64,000 nt of DNA, from positions 15,748,001 to 15,812,000 of the forward strand of contig CM106586.1 in assembly GCA_048013815.1 (NCBI GenBank), read 5' to 3'. Positions 34,050-47,090 of this stretch are shown here, piece after piece. The DNA is from Setoptus koraiensis. Its lineage: Eukaryota > Animalia > Arthropoda. The notes under the pieces were generated by a model. The model searched no databases and was not told the origin of the DNA. It was given only the letters and a program-made list of their open reading frames with translations. Both the position numbers and the translations under genes were made by a program. The stretch's first letter is position 1. Each line of letters starts with the position of its first letter.

Positions 34050-35950
34050 CCACTATCTCGTATTTTCTTTCCTTCGCGCTTTTTCTGCCCAGCGTGCTAA
34101 GCAAACAAGCGCACGCTTTGGTTGAAAAACGATACCTCTCTCATATCATGCAAGAGTGGAGGTGTCTTTTTTGCCTTACTGCATGTTACGCCCCTATGCG
34201 CTCATTGTGGGCGCCTAGCTCTGTTTGCGCTCTCTCTCTATGGTGATTCGGGGGAGCGTCCCCCACGCACGGGAGCAAATGCTCGCGCTCCAAAAAATCG
34301 TCCGGCAGCCGTTTCAGGCGTCAGCCAGCCGGCACAGAGTTGGTGCCCGATCGCTATCTTTCGAGCGCTCGTATTTATTTGTATAAGCGCGGCCCGCTCG
34401 CGAGAAGTATTTATTCATTTTTTTCTCACTGCGATCCATTGTTTCCATTGTTATCCTACCGCAGCACCCATATTTTGGCGTAAATGGACCGATGGTTTCG
34501 GATTTTCCAGCTTCTCTTGGGTGTTTTTCCGCCAAACTGAGCTGGCGCTTCCCTTCGCATTGCCTGATATCTTTTTCGACCTCGAAATCGGTGGCCAGCG
34601 GCGATGTTTGCGAACAGCAAAAAACCGCATCGCTGAGCCGGATAATTTCTAGGTCGCTTTTTAGTTGCGAAATTGGGACGCATGGTCGGTCGCGTTCGGA
34701 TGGGCAGATACGCACTAATTAGAGTTGGAATCTTGAAATTCGAATTCGCAGTTCCGGTGCTGCTGGGACCAGGGAAAATCTCGCCTCCCAGAGTGCAACA
34801 AACTTCGTCACAGCCAGATACGGAGCACTGAAAATTTCAGCCCCATAATCGCACTGGATATGCTTTTCTGATATTTTCTTTCGATTTTTTTTTGCGATTC
34901 CGAAACGAAGTCCGTTGTTTCGAATCATTCGCTCTTCGACGTGTTCTTCGTTTGCCGTGAGTGTTTCGTTGTCGCGAGAAGTTATTTTTCCGACACATTT
35001 ATCCTTTCGATACATTCATTCTTTCGCCACTGAACGTTCGAAACTGTCGAAAATTTCGAAAATTTCTGCCGAAATTTTTTCTCCGTGATTCTTGCTCACA
35101 TCTGACACGAAATTCAAGGCAGCGAGTTTGACCCGGAAATTTCATCGGGCGAACATATCGGAAATACAAACAAAACACTAGCATGACCCGGACGGGCGGA
35201 TTTCGCCAGCGGAGGGAAACTCCGACGTTTTTTTCGCATGTTTTCAACACGAAAAAACATCGGATCTGAAAACATACGAAAGAATCCGTATCGCCGTGCC
35301 AGCGTACGGCGATCAGCATTTGAATATACACGATTGTCCGTTTTCTCTAAATGTTGCGCCAGCCCAGCCATATCGTGCACCCATTTCTGTCGTGTTTGTT
35401 TTGTTTGGCTGGTCAAGACGCCAAAAATGCGGAAATCGGCAGAATTTTTCAGCTTGAATTGTTGTGCCGCTCGGCTAACGCGACCCTCTGAGATGTGATG
35501 CGATGTGATGTGGCCTCTAATGGCGTCAACGGTGAACGGCGACGTGAGTCGGCGAGGCTCGCTTTCCAGCAGCACCACACAACCAGAGCAGCATTATATT
35601 TTATTATCAATGGGAGCATGAAAGGCGATAAAAAAGTTATAAATTATTTGGTCGGCGGGCACGCGCGCTTTTCATGCGATCTTACGGAGCAAAGAATCCT
35701 GGAGAAAGAAAAAATTCAGACGACAGGCAGAGAGTTTTTCTATTCTCGGTCATTGCACTAACTCACCAAGATCGTTATGTTGTTCGTTTTGGTCGCACGC
35801 GTGATTCCCGTTTCTTCAGTGCGAGCACCATATTTTTGCAGACAAAAGCCAGTTTTTATACCACTTAGAGTTAGTGGCGCTGGCCTGGGCTGGGCTGGAC
35901 ACGACAAATTTTGGCACGAAACCAGAGTTGGGTGTGTGATACCAATTTTG
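34050..35950. other. A/T-tract plus CG block A
   Basis: Dense ttttcg / cgaaaa / gaaattt motifs, unlike the flanking GGCC-rich DNA. Microsatellites absent; no TIR or coding match seen. Confidence 0.6.
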
Positions 35951-38900
35951 TGTCACATCGCTCAAACTTCACAGCCGGTTTGACTTGTCAAATGGCCACT
36001 GACTAGATACACGTTATACAAAATACCAAGATGAAAATTGAAATGAATGCAATCTAATGAGTGGGCCAGGCAGCCAGAAAAGCCGGCCCCACACGGACAA
36101 GGCAGCCAGCCAGAAAAGTGGGTCAAATCTCTCAAGTTTTTTCCCTCTTTTGCACCAACCAGCCATCATCTCTCTCAATATTTCACTTATTCTCTCATGC
36201 TCCGCTTGACTCTTGTGGCGTGCCTCGTGCCTATTTTTGCCCCACTCTCTGCTCCATGCTACCCCGGCCAGACCTCTATCTCTGATAGATTCGCTCGCTG
36301 ATGATGGCCCCAAAGAATGTTGTAGATCAAGTTGTGTGCAAGGCAAAGATAATAATCTGGCTCATGCAAATGAGATGATGAAATGAACGGCGGACTAGGC
36401 CGAGTGTTGTCACTGAATGATGTGCCCACATGCGCCCGAATTGAATCAGGCCCACTATGCCTGCCATACATTTGGGGCCAAGTGGGCACCATCTTGGAAT
36501 GGGCCCCATCACTCAATATGAGCGGCGCACGATATTTAATATTGTTGTGCCCACTGGTTGTGTGTGATTTGAGCTTGCCCAAACAAGGCGGGATTTTGGC
36601 GATTTTTGTTCTCGTGATAGCAGCCAGTGCCACTTATTCTTATTGTTATTCAATGGCTTGCACACAGACGTTGACAACTTTAATTAAACTTGTAACTAAG
36701 GGAAAAACTTATCACTGACAACAAACTCTCCCTCGTTTGATGGGCCCACATTCTACAATCACCAAAATGCTCGAACGAGCTCGAAATGCGAGCTGGAATC
36801 GCGCAAAAGTTGGCGCATCACGAGGCGATTCTCGTTAGTTGTTCGCTTGTGTTCGAGGTTCGTTATACACCCAAGACCAGATTCTCACGAGATATATACA
36901 TAAAGAATTCTTTCTCTAACAAACCGCACACACAATTCAATCCACTCTGCCGGAGGTCGCTCAGATGAGAACAGATGTACTCTAGTTTTTTGTCAATTTA
37001 TTAGCAGTTTGTTTGCTCTGATTCACCCCGTTTACTCTTGACCAGTTTCGGTCAGACTATTCATAGTTTGGTGATTGTCTGTCGGCGCCGAACGCAACCA
37101 TTCCGGTGCTACGTGACTAAAATTGCTCAATCTTAATGATCAATCTTGCTGATTGGGCCCCAACTGGGACCCTCCAACACGTCTGACATTGACAGGCCTC
37201 TAATCGAAATATAGACCCGATACCTAGTTAGAACAGTGCGGCAAGAGATCCGGTTTCGAGAGGGAACGCGAAACTGGGTTTCGCGACTGGACATGCCAGA
37301 CAAATGGCGCCTCAGAGGCTCTGAGTCAGAGTGGATGGACAAGCTGAGGTGTGTTTATTTAGTAAAATCAGTAGACCACTATGGCCACAAGTGCACACCC
37401 TTACACATTTGATTCTGCACGCTCTAAGACCGGAATATGGCCGCTCCGTTGCGCCAAGTAGTTATCAGCAACAATATGTTAGGACCCGGGGCCCAGTTTT
37501 TTCTCTTTCTTTCTTTCGGCGGCCTAATGAGCGGCGCCAAATAATCACTATATCGCTTATGATATCACGTTGCGTGAGGGGCTCGCCTCGATAAATGGCA
37601 GTAGATTGCAATCGTTGAATTTTGTATGTAAAGTTTCTCAGTTGGCACGGTGCTCACGCGATTGCCAATCAGCGTCTGTGTCGAAAGGGCAAATAACAAT
37701 AGCAAATGGATCCATAGTCGGGATAATTGAGTCTTCATTCTGAGATTTGTTATGTTGTTTCTGAGACGTTTCTCCAATTTCCTGTGGGAGTGCTGCTGCC
37801 GATTGTCTGCTCAACTATTAGTGTAAACACTTTGGCCCTCTCACGGACCGCATATCTCTGCAAACAAGTAACGTCACGTTATTAACGTGTCTCGGGTTAT
37901 TGTTGCCCGAAACACTCTGCTATTTGAACCATTTCCGTGATTGCTGCTGCTCTAATGGCCGCAGGGATATTCTTTTTTTTCTGATTTTTTCGGTCAGCAT
38001 CTGCCCGTTTTCAACGCCCCAGCTAAGCGTTTGAAGCTAACTGGCGTATCGTCACGCTCACTGTGGCCCACTTATCGAAATTTTCCCGCCACGCGGGATG
38101 TAAAGTGTCACCGGGAGTGTGATGTGATTTATTGCACACAATGTCCGACGTGAGGTGTTTGTGCGAGATGGTAATCATTTGGATTAGGCGCACCTGATGC
38201 GATTACTGATCTAAATCAGATGATCGGATGAAATACGTAACTGGCAATTTGTACCTCGATCTAGCCCATTCTTTCAACAGCTTTCTACAATTTGTTGTTG
38301 TCCAGAGTTTGGGGTTCTCTAGAGTTTGGGGTTCCTCTGGAGTGTGACTAGATTCTCGCGGCAACTGCGACAACCATGACGATACAGCAAGGGGCTACCC
38401 TCGATTTTCGTACCTCGAATCCGATGCACTGTCAGTCTAGTGGTGCAGAGATAGACCGTTTCGAATCGATTGTTGGGCCAGATATAATCAATGCGATGGT
38501 GATAAGCAAATATTGGTGACCAATTTCACTTTTGGCCCATACAATCACGTACACAGGCCATGCAAAATGAGCATGACACTGCAAACGATGGGCTGTTTGG
38601 AAAGGACATTGTTGGCATTGGTAAGTTACCAATGGTAGCGCATCACATGCAAACATTATCACAGTTGGATTTTGCGGCGCCATGTTGACACAATGTTGCA
38701 CAATTAATGCAAATTCCGCTATGTGGCTACGCGACCTTGACAGATTTATGTTTGCCAATGATGCCATAATTATGATAATGGCATAATCAAAATTATCATG
38801 CTTATTGTCAACTAATTGGCTGCTGCCTAATCTAGCCAACAAAAATAGATGATCTCGGCGGGCGATTAATGAAGTTAGATTCTGACTGTTAGAAGGGCGA

Positions 38901-41900
38901 CTACAACGACGTTGCAATCGTCGTCCAAACAGCCCGACAGTCCGACAGCCAGTTACGTAATCTAAATGACTGTGGGTCCTAATGAGCGCGAATATTCATG
39001 AACAACGTCAGCGATAGCGGGCCTAATGGACTTGTTGGCAATTGGATCATTGATCTTGGTAACAAACAAACAAACAAACAAACAGATACATATTGACACA
39101 CAGTCCGGCTATCTTATTGCCATGACGACAACAACAGCTAATTCAAACACGCGGGCTCCATTGGAGACTGTCAAGCAAATTGATTGGCTCTAATGATATC
39201 CGATTTGTTGTTTGTCTGTCTGGGCAAGGCATAGGTACACACACTGCATGATTAAGTTGACCAGAGGACAGCTAACACTCTGTCTGGATATTGTGTCGCC
39301 CCTCACAGTTGAATGGAGCGGTTCATGGTGGAGGCTCCTCGAGCATTTCATCGGGCCTCCCAAAGAGGGAGTGTTGCTGGGAGTTGCTTGCGCGCCCACT
39401 GTCTGCTAATGTTGCCAATAATCTCCAGGCAAGAGTAGATAAAAAACACTTGAGGCCAGCGAGCGAGCCAGCGAAAGGGGCGAAACGGCGCGCCTAGCAG
39501 CAAGCCAAAAACAAACAAACGATCTGGCTTTTGTCAGGCCAGTGTATTAGTTTGATATCCGAGAGAACACTGTTGGCGCCAGCCCAAGCAACAATCCCGA
39601 AGACTAGTGCAAGGTAGTATCGTGGCCGGGATCAGCAAGATTCGCGTTTTCGCTGTTTTATGAGGACAGATAGATATCATTAATCTTGATAGTATTACAA
39701 ACTAAATTGTATATTTCTATTGTCATTGTTTGCGCGTATGTGTAACGAGCCGGGCGCCTCCTCTGGCCTTGGCAAGCGAGCGAGCGAAAGAGCGGGAGGT
39801 GGAGAGAGCTAAAGGGAGAGGGAGCGTTGTTGTTCTTACAACGCTTAAAGAGGCTCCTTGCGCGCGAATGTGCCAAAGACTTTGGCCCAAAGTGCACGCG
39901 ATGTGAGCGCAAACCGGCCCAAAAATGGAAATGCAAAGGGGCGCCCAGCGACGCGCCACAACGAGTCGTTGTCCTCTTTTCAGCGGTGCGAACCGCATCA
40001 GAGTCTGGTGATCAGACAGGGAGGAGGACAGAGATAGGGAGCGAGACGGAGATGGGGGGAGAGGGCGAGACGGAGATGGGGAGAAGGGGGCGAGAGAGCG
40101 GCACCTCTTAGGGTGCCGCATTAACTGTGAGTTGGGCAGGCAACAAAAGTTTCAAAGTTTTCTAGCGTAAAGACCAAGTCAAATGGAGAGTAACTGTTCT
40201 TTTCGGTGAAAGCATTTATTTGCTCGTATGTTTATACGCTGTTTTTACGGCGTGTCTAGACAGCGCCGGCAAGCCCGTCAAGCCAGCGAGTAGTAAATAT
40301 ACGTCTTATATAATATAAGCAAACGTGCTGTTTGTTATATATAGTTGTTTGTGTGCGTTGCTGGCAGCCGAGAATGGAGTAAATAAAGTGGCAAATAAAA
40401 TTGATACCCTCTTTGGGCGCAAAGATATTTCTCGGATCCATTGTGGTGGCAACACGAGCAGACAAAAAGAGATGAGTCGTCACTCGGTTATATTTCAGCG
40501 CGCTTTTAATTCAAAAATGATTTACACCACAAACGATTTTGCACCCGACGCTCGGGCACCCCGAGGCGCCTGCCAGCCCGGCCCGTATCTGGTCTCTTGG
40601 CGGCCCACTCACCATTGACGGGTCCCGTTATTTCGGGCCGCCATGGTTATTATCCAGTGGATAATATCTCCACTCATTCCATCAAGACACACACACAAAC
40701 ACACCGAGAGCGACGTCTGTCATTATTAGCCCGTCGGACACTGCGGTAAGCGGACAGCAGCAACTTTTGCCGAGCCAGCCCGCCGTCTGGTGGCAGCCTG
40801 TCGCCCGTGACAGACAGACGGGGGCCCCGGCGGCAGCATATGGGGCTCAGTGTGTGCCGGGCCATAAAACACACACACAACAGCGACTTTGGGGCCGGCC
40901 TAATGACTCGCTGTCTAGGAGTCTGACTGACGCGCTGGCTGGCGAGTTTCACTTTGTATACGCTTCAATTGATTCGCGCTGCCAAATAGACAACGGCACA
41001 GACAGCGTTTATATATTGATGTTTGAATATTTAATTCATTACCAACGACATTAAACTCTTGCGATGTTTGTCTCTGTTGGAGTGTGTCGCAGTATCGAGT
41101 GTCTAGTTTCGCTGTAAACTTGTAACTGTCGCCGATGTTTATCGGCGGGCCCCCCAACCCCCCAATTCGCGTTGTGTCACCTAAGCATAACGGCTTATTG
41201 ACAGACAGACAGACCGTGCATCACGGATACGCGCCAGACGGGCGCTTCGCAACACGCCAGAAGCTGTTTGTCGGGGCCTCTGCCGCTGCTGCGGCTGCTG
41301 CTGTGGCCCCGACAAACAGCGCGTCAACTCAAATTTAACGCTCCTCAATTGCTGCTAGATGCACACATGAATAAATATTTATTCATACAATAATATCCAC
41401 TGCCAAGCCCCAATAATATAATATCGCCAATAACGCCAAACGGCGATAATAACGGCGCCACCACTGGCGCTGGTAATGATGGCCGCCAACAGCAACACTC
41501 CGCAGCAACGCCAGCCCAAACGCACATATGGACAATGATGGATGCATTGAATTGATGTGAAGTGAAATGATATGAAATGAAATGAATATAAACACTTGCA
41601 CCTGTCCTGAGCGCGGGCCCCACAGCGCGCCAGCCAGGCCCCAATACGGGCCCGCCAGCCTGGCCACGGCTAATCTGATTTACATTACATAACGGTGCTT
41701 TTAATTCTTGCAACACCATCAGATTGCGCGCGATTTCGATCGCTGCGAGATAACTTGACCAGACGACCAAAGTCATTTGAGCCCGAGCCCACTTGACTGG
41801 CCCCAACTCTCGCGCTCGCTGCCCAGCTGGATAGTCGGAGCTGGGGCCCCATTTCGGCCCTCATTCGCGCCACAAGATTGTGTTCGGCGCGTTGCGTTGG

Positions 41901-43059
41901 GCCGCGTTGGGCCGAACCGCGCCACAATATGGCGCGGCGCTAATATATTTCGGGGAAATGATGCTGCTCGCAACCATGCCTATAGGCATTGATTTGTCCG
42001 GCGATAGCGACCGTTTCGCCGACTAGATTTCGCCCACCATTTTGGGCAATCCCGTGCCCAAGACTGCCCGACAAGAGAATAGCGCCAGACGCGAGCAATC
42101 CAGTACAATTTTTCCCCAAGTGCGTCTTGCCAACCAAGCGTGCCAGCCCCAATCTCAGTGTATATCTCAGTGGGCGCCCCAATTAATGCAAACTATCTAT
42201 GAGATCAATCGAGCGCCGGTAAAAGATTGCAGAGGGCGGCCTTGGCGAAATCGCCCGCCGCCATCTCAAGTGGCGGATCTTTTGCCCGACAGCCAGTTAA
42301 TATCAGAATGAGCGTGGCCAAGTTGCTTCGCTCGGGGCCCGGCGCTCAATCCACAGTTTATCTGATTAATAGTCTAGCACCCAAAAGAGAATCGACCACT
42401 ATCATTCGCAAACTGCTGCCGCCGCCGCTGCTGCTGCATTATGCATAATGCGCGCTGGATATATTTTTTGCGCAAAGCCATTGAGTTATGGCCATTGTGT
42501 AAATACATATTCGCGCCGCTTGCATCACAACTTTGTTTGCAGTGATAGAGGCTCGATCATGCATACTAATAATTGATAATATCCAAGTGCTAATCTATGC
42601 AATGTGTCTGCAAGTGTGTCTAGCCGACAATATCCGTGAGTATTGTTTGCTGACACACGTCGCTGCAGGGCTGCATTGATTACTTTGTGGTGGATAGCCG
42701 TCTCAGTGTGTGAATTTAATTAAAAAAATAACACAACACTGGCCGCCTGAGTGTCTCAACCGACATAGCCCGTGAAAAAGCGAAATATCTGCCACGTGCT
42801 CGCCCCTGACACTTGGTTGCGTCTCCCAGTTGCTGGCTGGCTGGCTGGCTGAGATTTAATCAAGTAGCAACTTTGATAGCTACTCACGACAAAAGGAAAT
42901 CATCGCCAATGACAACGAGAACATATTGACATATTTACAATCGGTTTGACCTCAAACGCTATGCAAACTATACAATTCAAGCGGGCAGACATTCTGCAAT
43001 TAGTTAAACTCGCGATGGTGGGCTTCCTTCTGGAGAGCGCAAATACAGAGTGATCTAAG

Positions 43060-45300
43060 ATTGACATATTTCATTTCAAGAAAAAATTGCCCCTCCAATT
43101 TCGGCCGAGTTCAACAGAGCGTGCACATGCAGTTTCGCCTCACATGTTTGCCAAAGATAAGGCCCATTTCTCACAACGGCACTGCCTATTATGGGGGTGT
43201 GTTGGGCGAAAAAACTTTAGCCTCCGTTCTTCTGGAACGTTAATACAATCTTTTGCTATCGCAGTGCACAATGTTGAAATTGTCAAAGGAATGTGGGCCC
43301 GTCTTTCTGTGCCCTCTGACGTCTATGGAAAGGTCTCGCTATCGGTCTGGCACAGGCGCAGTCCATTGAGCCTTATGGGGCCTCTCGGATTCGAGTGTAA
43401 TTCGGGAGCTTAAATTCATTTTTTTGCATCGGCACTTTTGTCTTAGTATTGGCAGCAATGTGTCGCAGTTCTGCTTAAAAATAATGGACACTGAAGGTGG
43501 CATAAAATAGAAAAAAATGGGCCCGAAATAGCTGTTTCGAATGCTTGTAAATTCTGAGTTTGGTCGCTTTTATTTTACATAATTTTGGAGGGACATGTGC
43601 TTTAGATGGTTGCTTTTGAGATGGTTTTAGGTTGCTTGTCCACACGCCTTTTTTGGTAAGCTGTAATAACAAAGCATAGAAAAGGTTGAAGAAGTTGCGC
43701 ACTCTTGACGAAAAACCGGAAAAATATGCTTACTGTTTTGTGAAAAAAAAAAATGAAAACTTAAATGCGCCCTTCATTGTGAAAATCACTTGTGCTCGCA
43801 CGAAATTTCCACAAAATAGTGCGCTAGTTTTCTTATTTTTTCATCAGCCCTGCGCAATTTTTCGACTTATTTCGTGTTTTGTTTTGTAGTTTTTTAAGCA
43901 AGGCGTCAATCAAAAAGAAAAGATAAACCTCTTGCCGGAGCTCTTTCACGATGAAACTTCAGAGTCAACATACCGTGACTGAGGTGTATGGTGCGCAAAC
44001 GACACACCGGAACCGGAAACTGATCAGATTTTTGAGCTCGCACGAGGAAAACCATTTTGATCATGGCTCATTTTGAAAATTGAAGTAAATAAACAGTCCG
44101 AAGTGGGGCAACTCCTTGATGATTGCTCCGGAATCGTCATTGACGGAAAAATACAAAAGTCGATTTATGCGCATTCTGCTAGCTTGCCAGCATAAGCTGC
44201 AAAGGGGCCAAATTGTGCACTCCAACTCTCTGACATACAGTGCGCTGATTTTACGCAATTTCACGCGGCCTGGTGTATATTTATTGAAACTTTTCGGATT
44301 GAAGCACCTGAGATGTTGCCCTACCAGAATAAGGATCAATAAAAAAGGGCCATTTTTTCCAGTGCATTCGCCCAAACCACAGACCCTTAATGTCCTCTAA
44401 TTCGGGTGAAGTTGTGTGCGATGTGTTTTTTCCCCGAAAATCATCACTTTTCAAAGATTTGATTCGCAAATGCAACCGCATGTGACCGCTGATTAATATT
44501 TTGGAAAGGGACAATTTTCTCGATGCATCTGTAGAAATTGTCTCTTCCTGGAAACAAACTCAAAATAACGGCACTAATGACGCCTGAATTTTCAAACCAA
44601 TTTCCGAATAGATTCGACGTCGTCATACACCAAATCGCGCTGAGAGCGCACCACCGGCCTGACCCATGCCGGCAGCGACCTTGATATTCAAAATGGTTCC
44701 GACAAATCACTGTTGCTCGGTTGCTCACAGTCTGACATCATAACATTATCGATTAGATCTAAGACAAACTGTCAATTATGTAAGTGCATAATTGGTTGCA
44801 ATTTATGGTAGGATGAGCGTCTCGGCAAAAATCGCACCATAAATTTGCCAATGCGGATGTTCTCTCTGTCATGTAGAAAATCGCCAGCAGTATAATTTGG
44901 CGATTACTTTTGGCGGGCACTCGCAATGTCTGATTGATTTGCGCTTATGCGGGGCTCCCTGCTCGTGGGGCCCGCTTCCAAGACTTGCTGCGAGAATCAC
45001 CATCGAGCCTCGGCTCGTGACGAGAACCAGGTGCCACTCTATGGCTGCTGTTGGCATTATTTGCACTGGACCCTTTTTGCGAGAAGTGCAAACAACAGAG
45101 CCGTGGCGGACATTTCTAATCAGATAAACAGGATTGGGTGGGTGCCTCGTTTCGTACATACATACTAGAGGATAGTGCCCGCTAATGGATACTTTCGCCC
45201 TTAGCTGTTGGCCCCCCGATTAAATGAAACGAGAAAAAAACCGCTGATCACTCATAGCGATATTGCTAGTTTTTTTCTGAGTGTGTGTGAAAATAGTGAG
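43060..45300. other. A/T-tract plus CG block B
   Basis: Same compositional style as block A (e.g. gacgaaaaaccggaaaaata, gcgcaatttttcgacttatttcgtgttttg). No clear linear homology to block A by eye. Confidence 0.55.
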
Positions 45301-46983
45301 CAAATAAGAGATCAATGATTTTTAATTTGATTGGTTTTGCCACTCGTCACAGGGCAAACAAGCGGTTGCAATTGTGGCAAGCGCCGGCAAGGGGACATGT
45401 CAAGCGCCAAGGGATTACGTTACACAATTATGTAACAAACAGAGAATGGTCCGCACTGGGCAAATGTCATCACAAAATGTTTCTCCTGGCGCAGTTTGTA
45501 TCTTATCGGTGGCGCTATCAGCAGAGTTGCAGCCTTATATTTGTATTTATTTAGCACACGGCCTGTGTGAGAATATCGGCCACATGTTGGGAGAGGCTGT
45601 TATGCTGTATTTGTTTTGTGGGGCCCAGTTTGCTATTTTGTTTGCGGTGATGATTGTTGGCCAGCGCTCTCTCGCGCTGCCCTCGGCCCCCTCGCCCCGC
45701 ACCGCATTATCTGCACATCAGACATTATATATCCGAGTGTTTTTGCGTGTGTGTGTGTGAGAATTGTATTTAGTTAGAAGGAAAATAGCGAAAAAATAGA
45801 GGGGAACTATTGGTGCGTTATCAAGTGACACTCACACACAAGATTGATTATATTGGCTAGCGGACTTGCCAACGCCTCGCTCGGCCCAGCCGACCAGCTG
45901 ATATGTGAACTGTGCAACAGCAGCAAAATAAGGGGCCAGCTAAATAGTTTGTTTGTTTTTTGTGCCGTCGTTATGGGGCCCATTCCGGTTGTTTGGCGCG
46001 TTAGCGGTGTGGGGCCCAACGAGCCAACTGGCCACGCAAATATGGCTATATTTGCGACTGAAACTTGCAACTGAACGTAACTCACACGGGATAGCCGTTT
46101 AAAGATTGCCAATCAATACAATCATATCTGGCCAGTTGTTTTGTTTTTACACACTCACACTCACAGCAGATTATAATACTTATAATACTAATATTATAAT
46201 CTCGGGCCGAGGGGTGAGGGGCGCTCCAACTGGGGGCTGTTGGTTGCACTGCAGCGTGCACATTGATTTGTAGTATCGCGAGATGGCATCGGACACGGCG
46301 AGATCATTACGGTTCAACTGTTAACTTGCAGCGGATCATTATGATCATCATTATGCAAACGACAATTCAACATTCATCACTAGCAGTTAGCCCCTCTCAC
46401 TTGGCTACAGCAGCCTAATACTGGGCCAGCCGAGCAGCCCAATATCGGGCCAGCCAGCCGAGAGGCCAATTTCGCATGGTGTCTCGTAGAAGGGCGCTGG
46501 CGGCCCCCGCAGCAAATCATTTCATTATATCGTGAAAATCGTGGGGCCAACCAACAATTGCAGCAACATTCCATCAACACACACACATAGAGCCGCTACC
46601 GGTAGTCAACGATACACAACACTTACTTAACTAAGCATGCGATATTAAGCCTGTCATAATTATACTAACAATTGCGCTTGCATGCAACCAGCGCTAGCTC
46701 GGCGGCCCGGCGCGCCGTAAAACTCTCTGGCTGGCTGCCGTTGCGTCATGTTTTAATCATGAATGCGAGCTGTGCCCATTATTAATGATGTATAATTTGT
46801 ATGATGTTTGTGTGTGTGGCGTGGTGTTGTTTGTGAATGGAGTAATAAAAATTAGAGCATTACAACTGGTTGAGCTCGCAGTCGCGAATTCTGTTGAGAA
46901 TTGTCGCAGCAGACTGGAGAGTCCTTGATCTGTTGCTGTCGCTACATTATATGATAATGCCGCCACAGCAACAACAATGACAT

Positions 46984-46984
<1 letters not shown>

Positions 46985-47029
<45 letters not shown>

Positions 47030-47090
47030 GACAACGGCAACAACGGCGACAACGGCAACAACGGCGACAACGGCGACAACGGCGACAACA
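46985..47090. repeat. 9-bp minisatellite (acaacggcr)n, about 12 copies
   Basis: Directly visible; it produces the spurious (TAT)n and (LPL)n ORFs. Confidence 0.93.

Noticed and set aside
35999-36020. tgactaga seed resembling the miR-279 family (also at about 38345)
   Set aside because: No complementary arm nearby to form a precursor hairpin.
34050-45300. Blocks A and B as TIR transposons or as the two ends of one large element
   Set aside because: No terminal inverted repeats, target-site duplications or transposase fragments found by eye; not fully excluded without a dot plot.
26200-47000. Polycomb response element signature (GCCAT, GAGAG)
   Set aside because: GCCAT occurrences looked close to chance for a 5-mer; there is no clear cluster.
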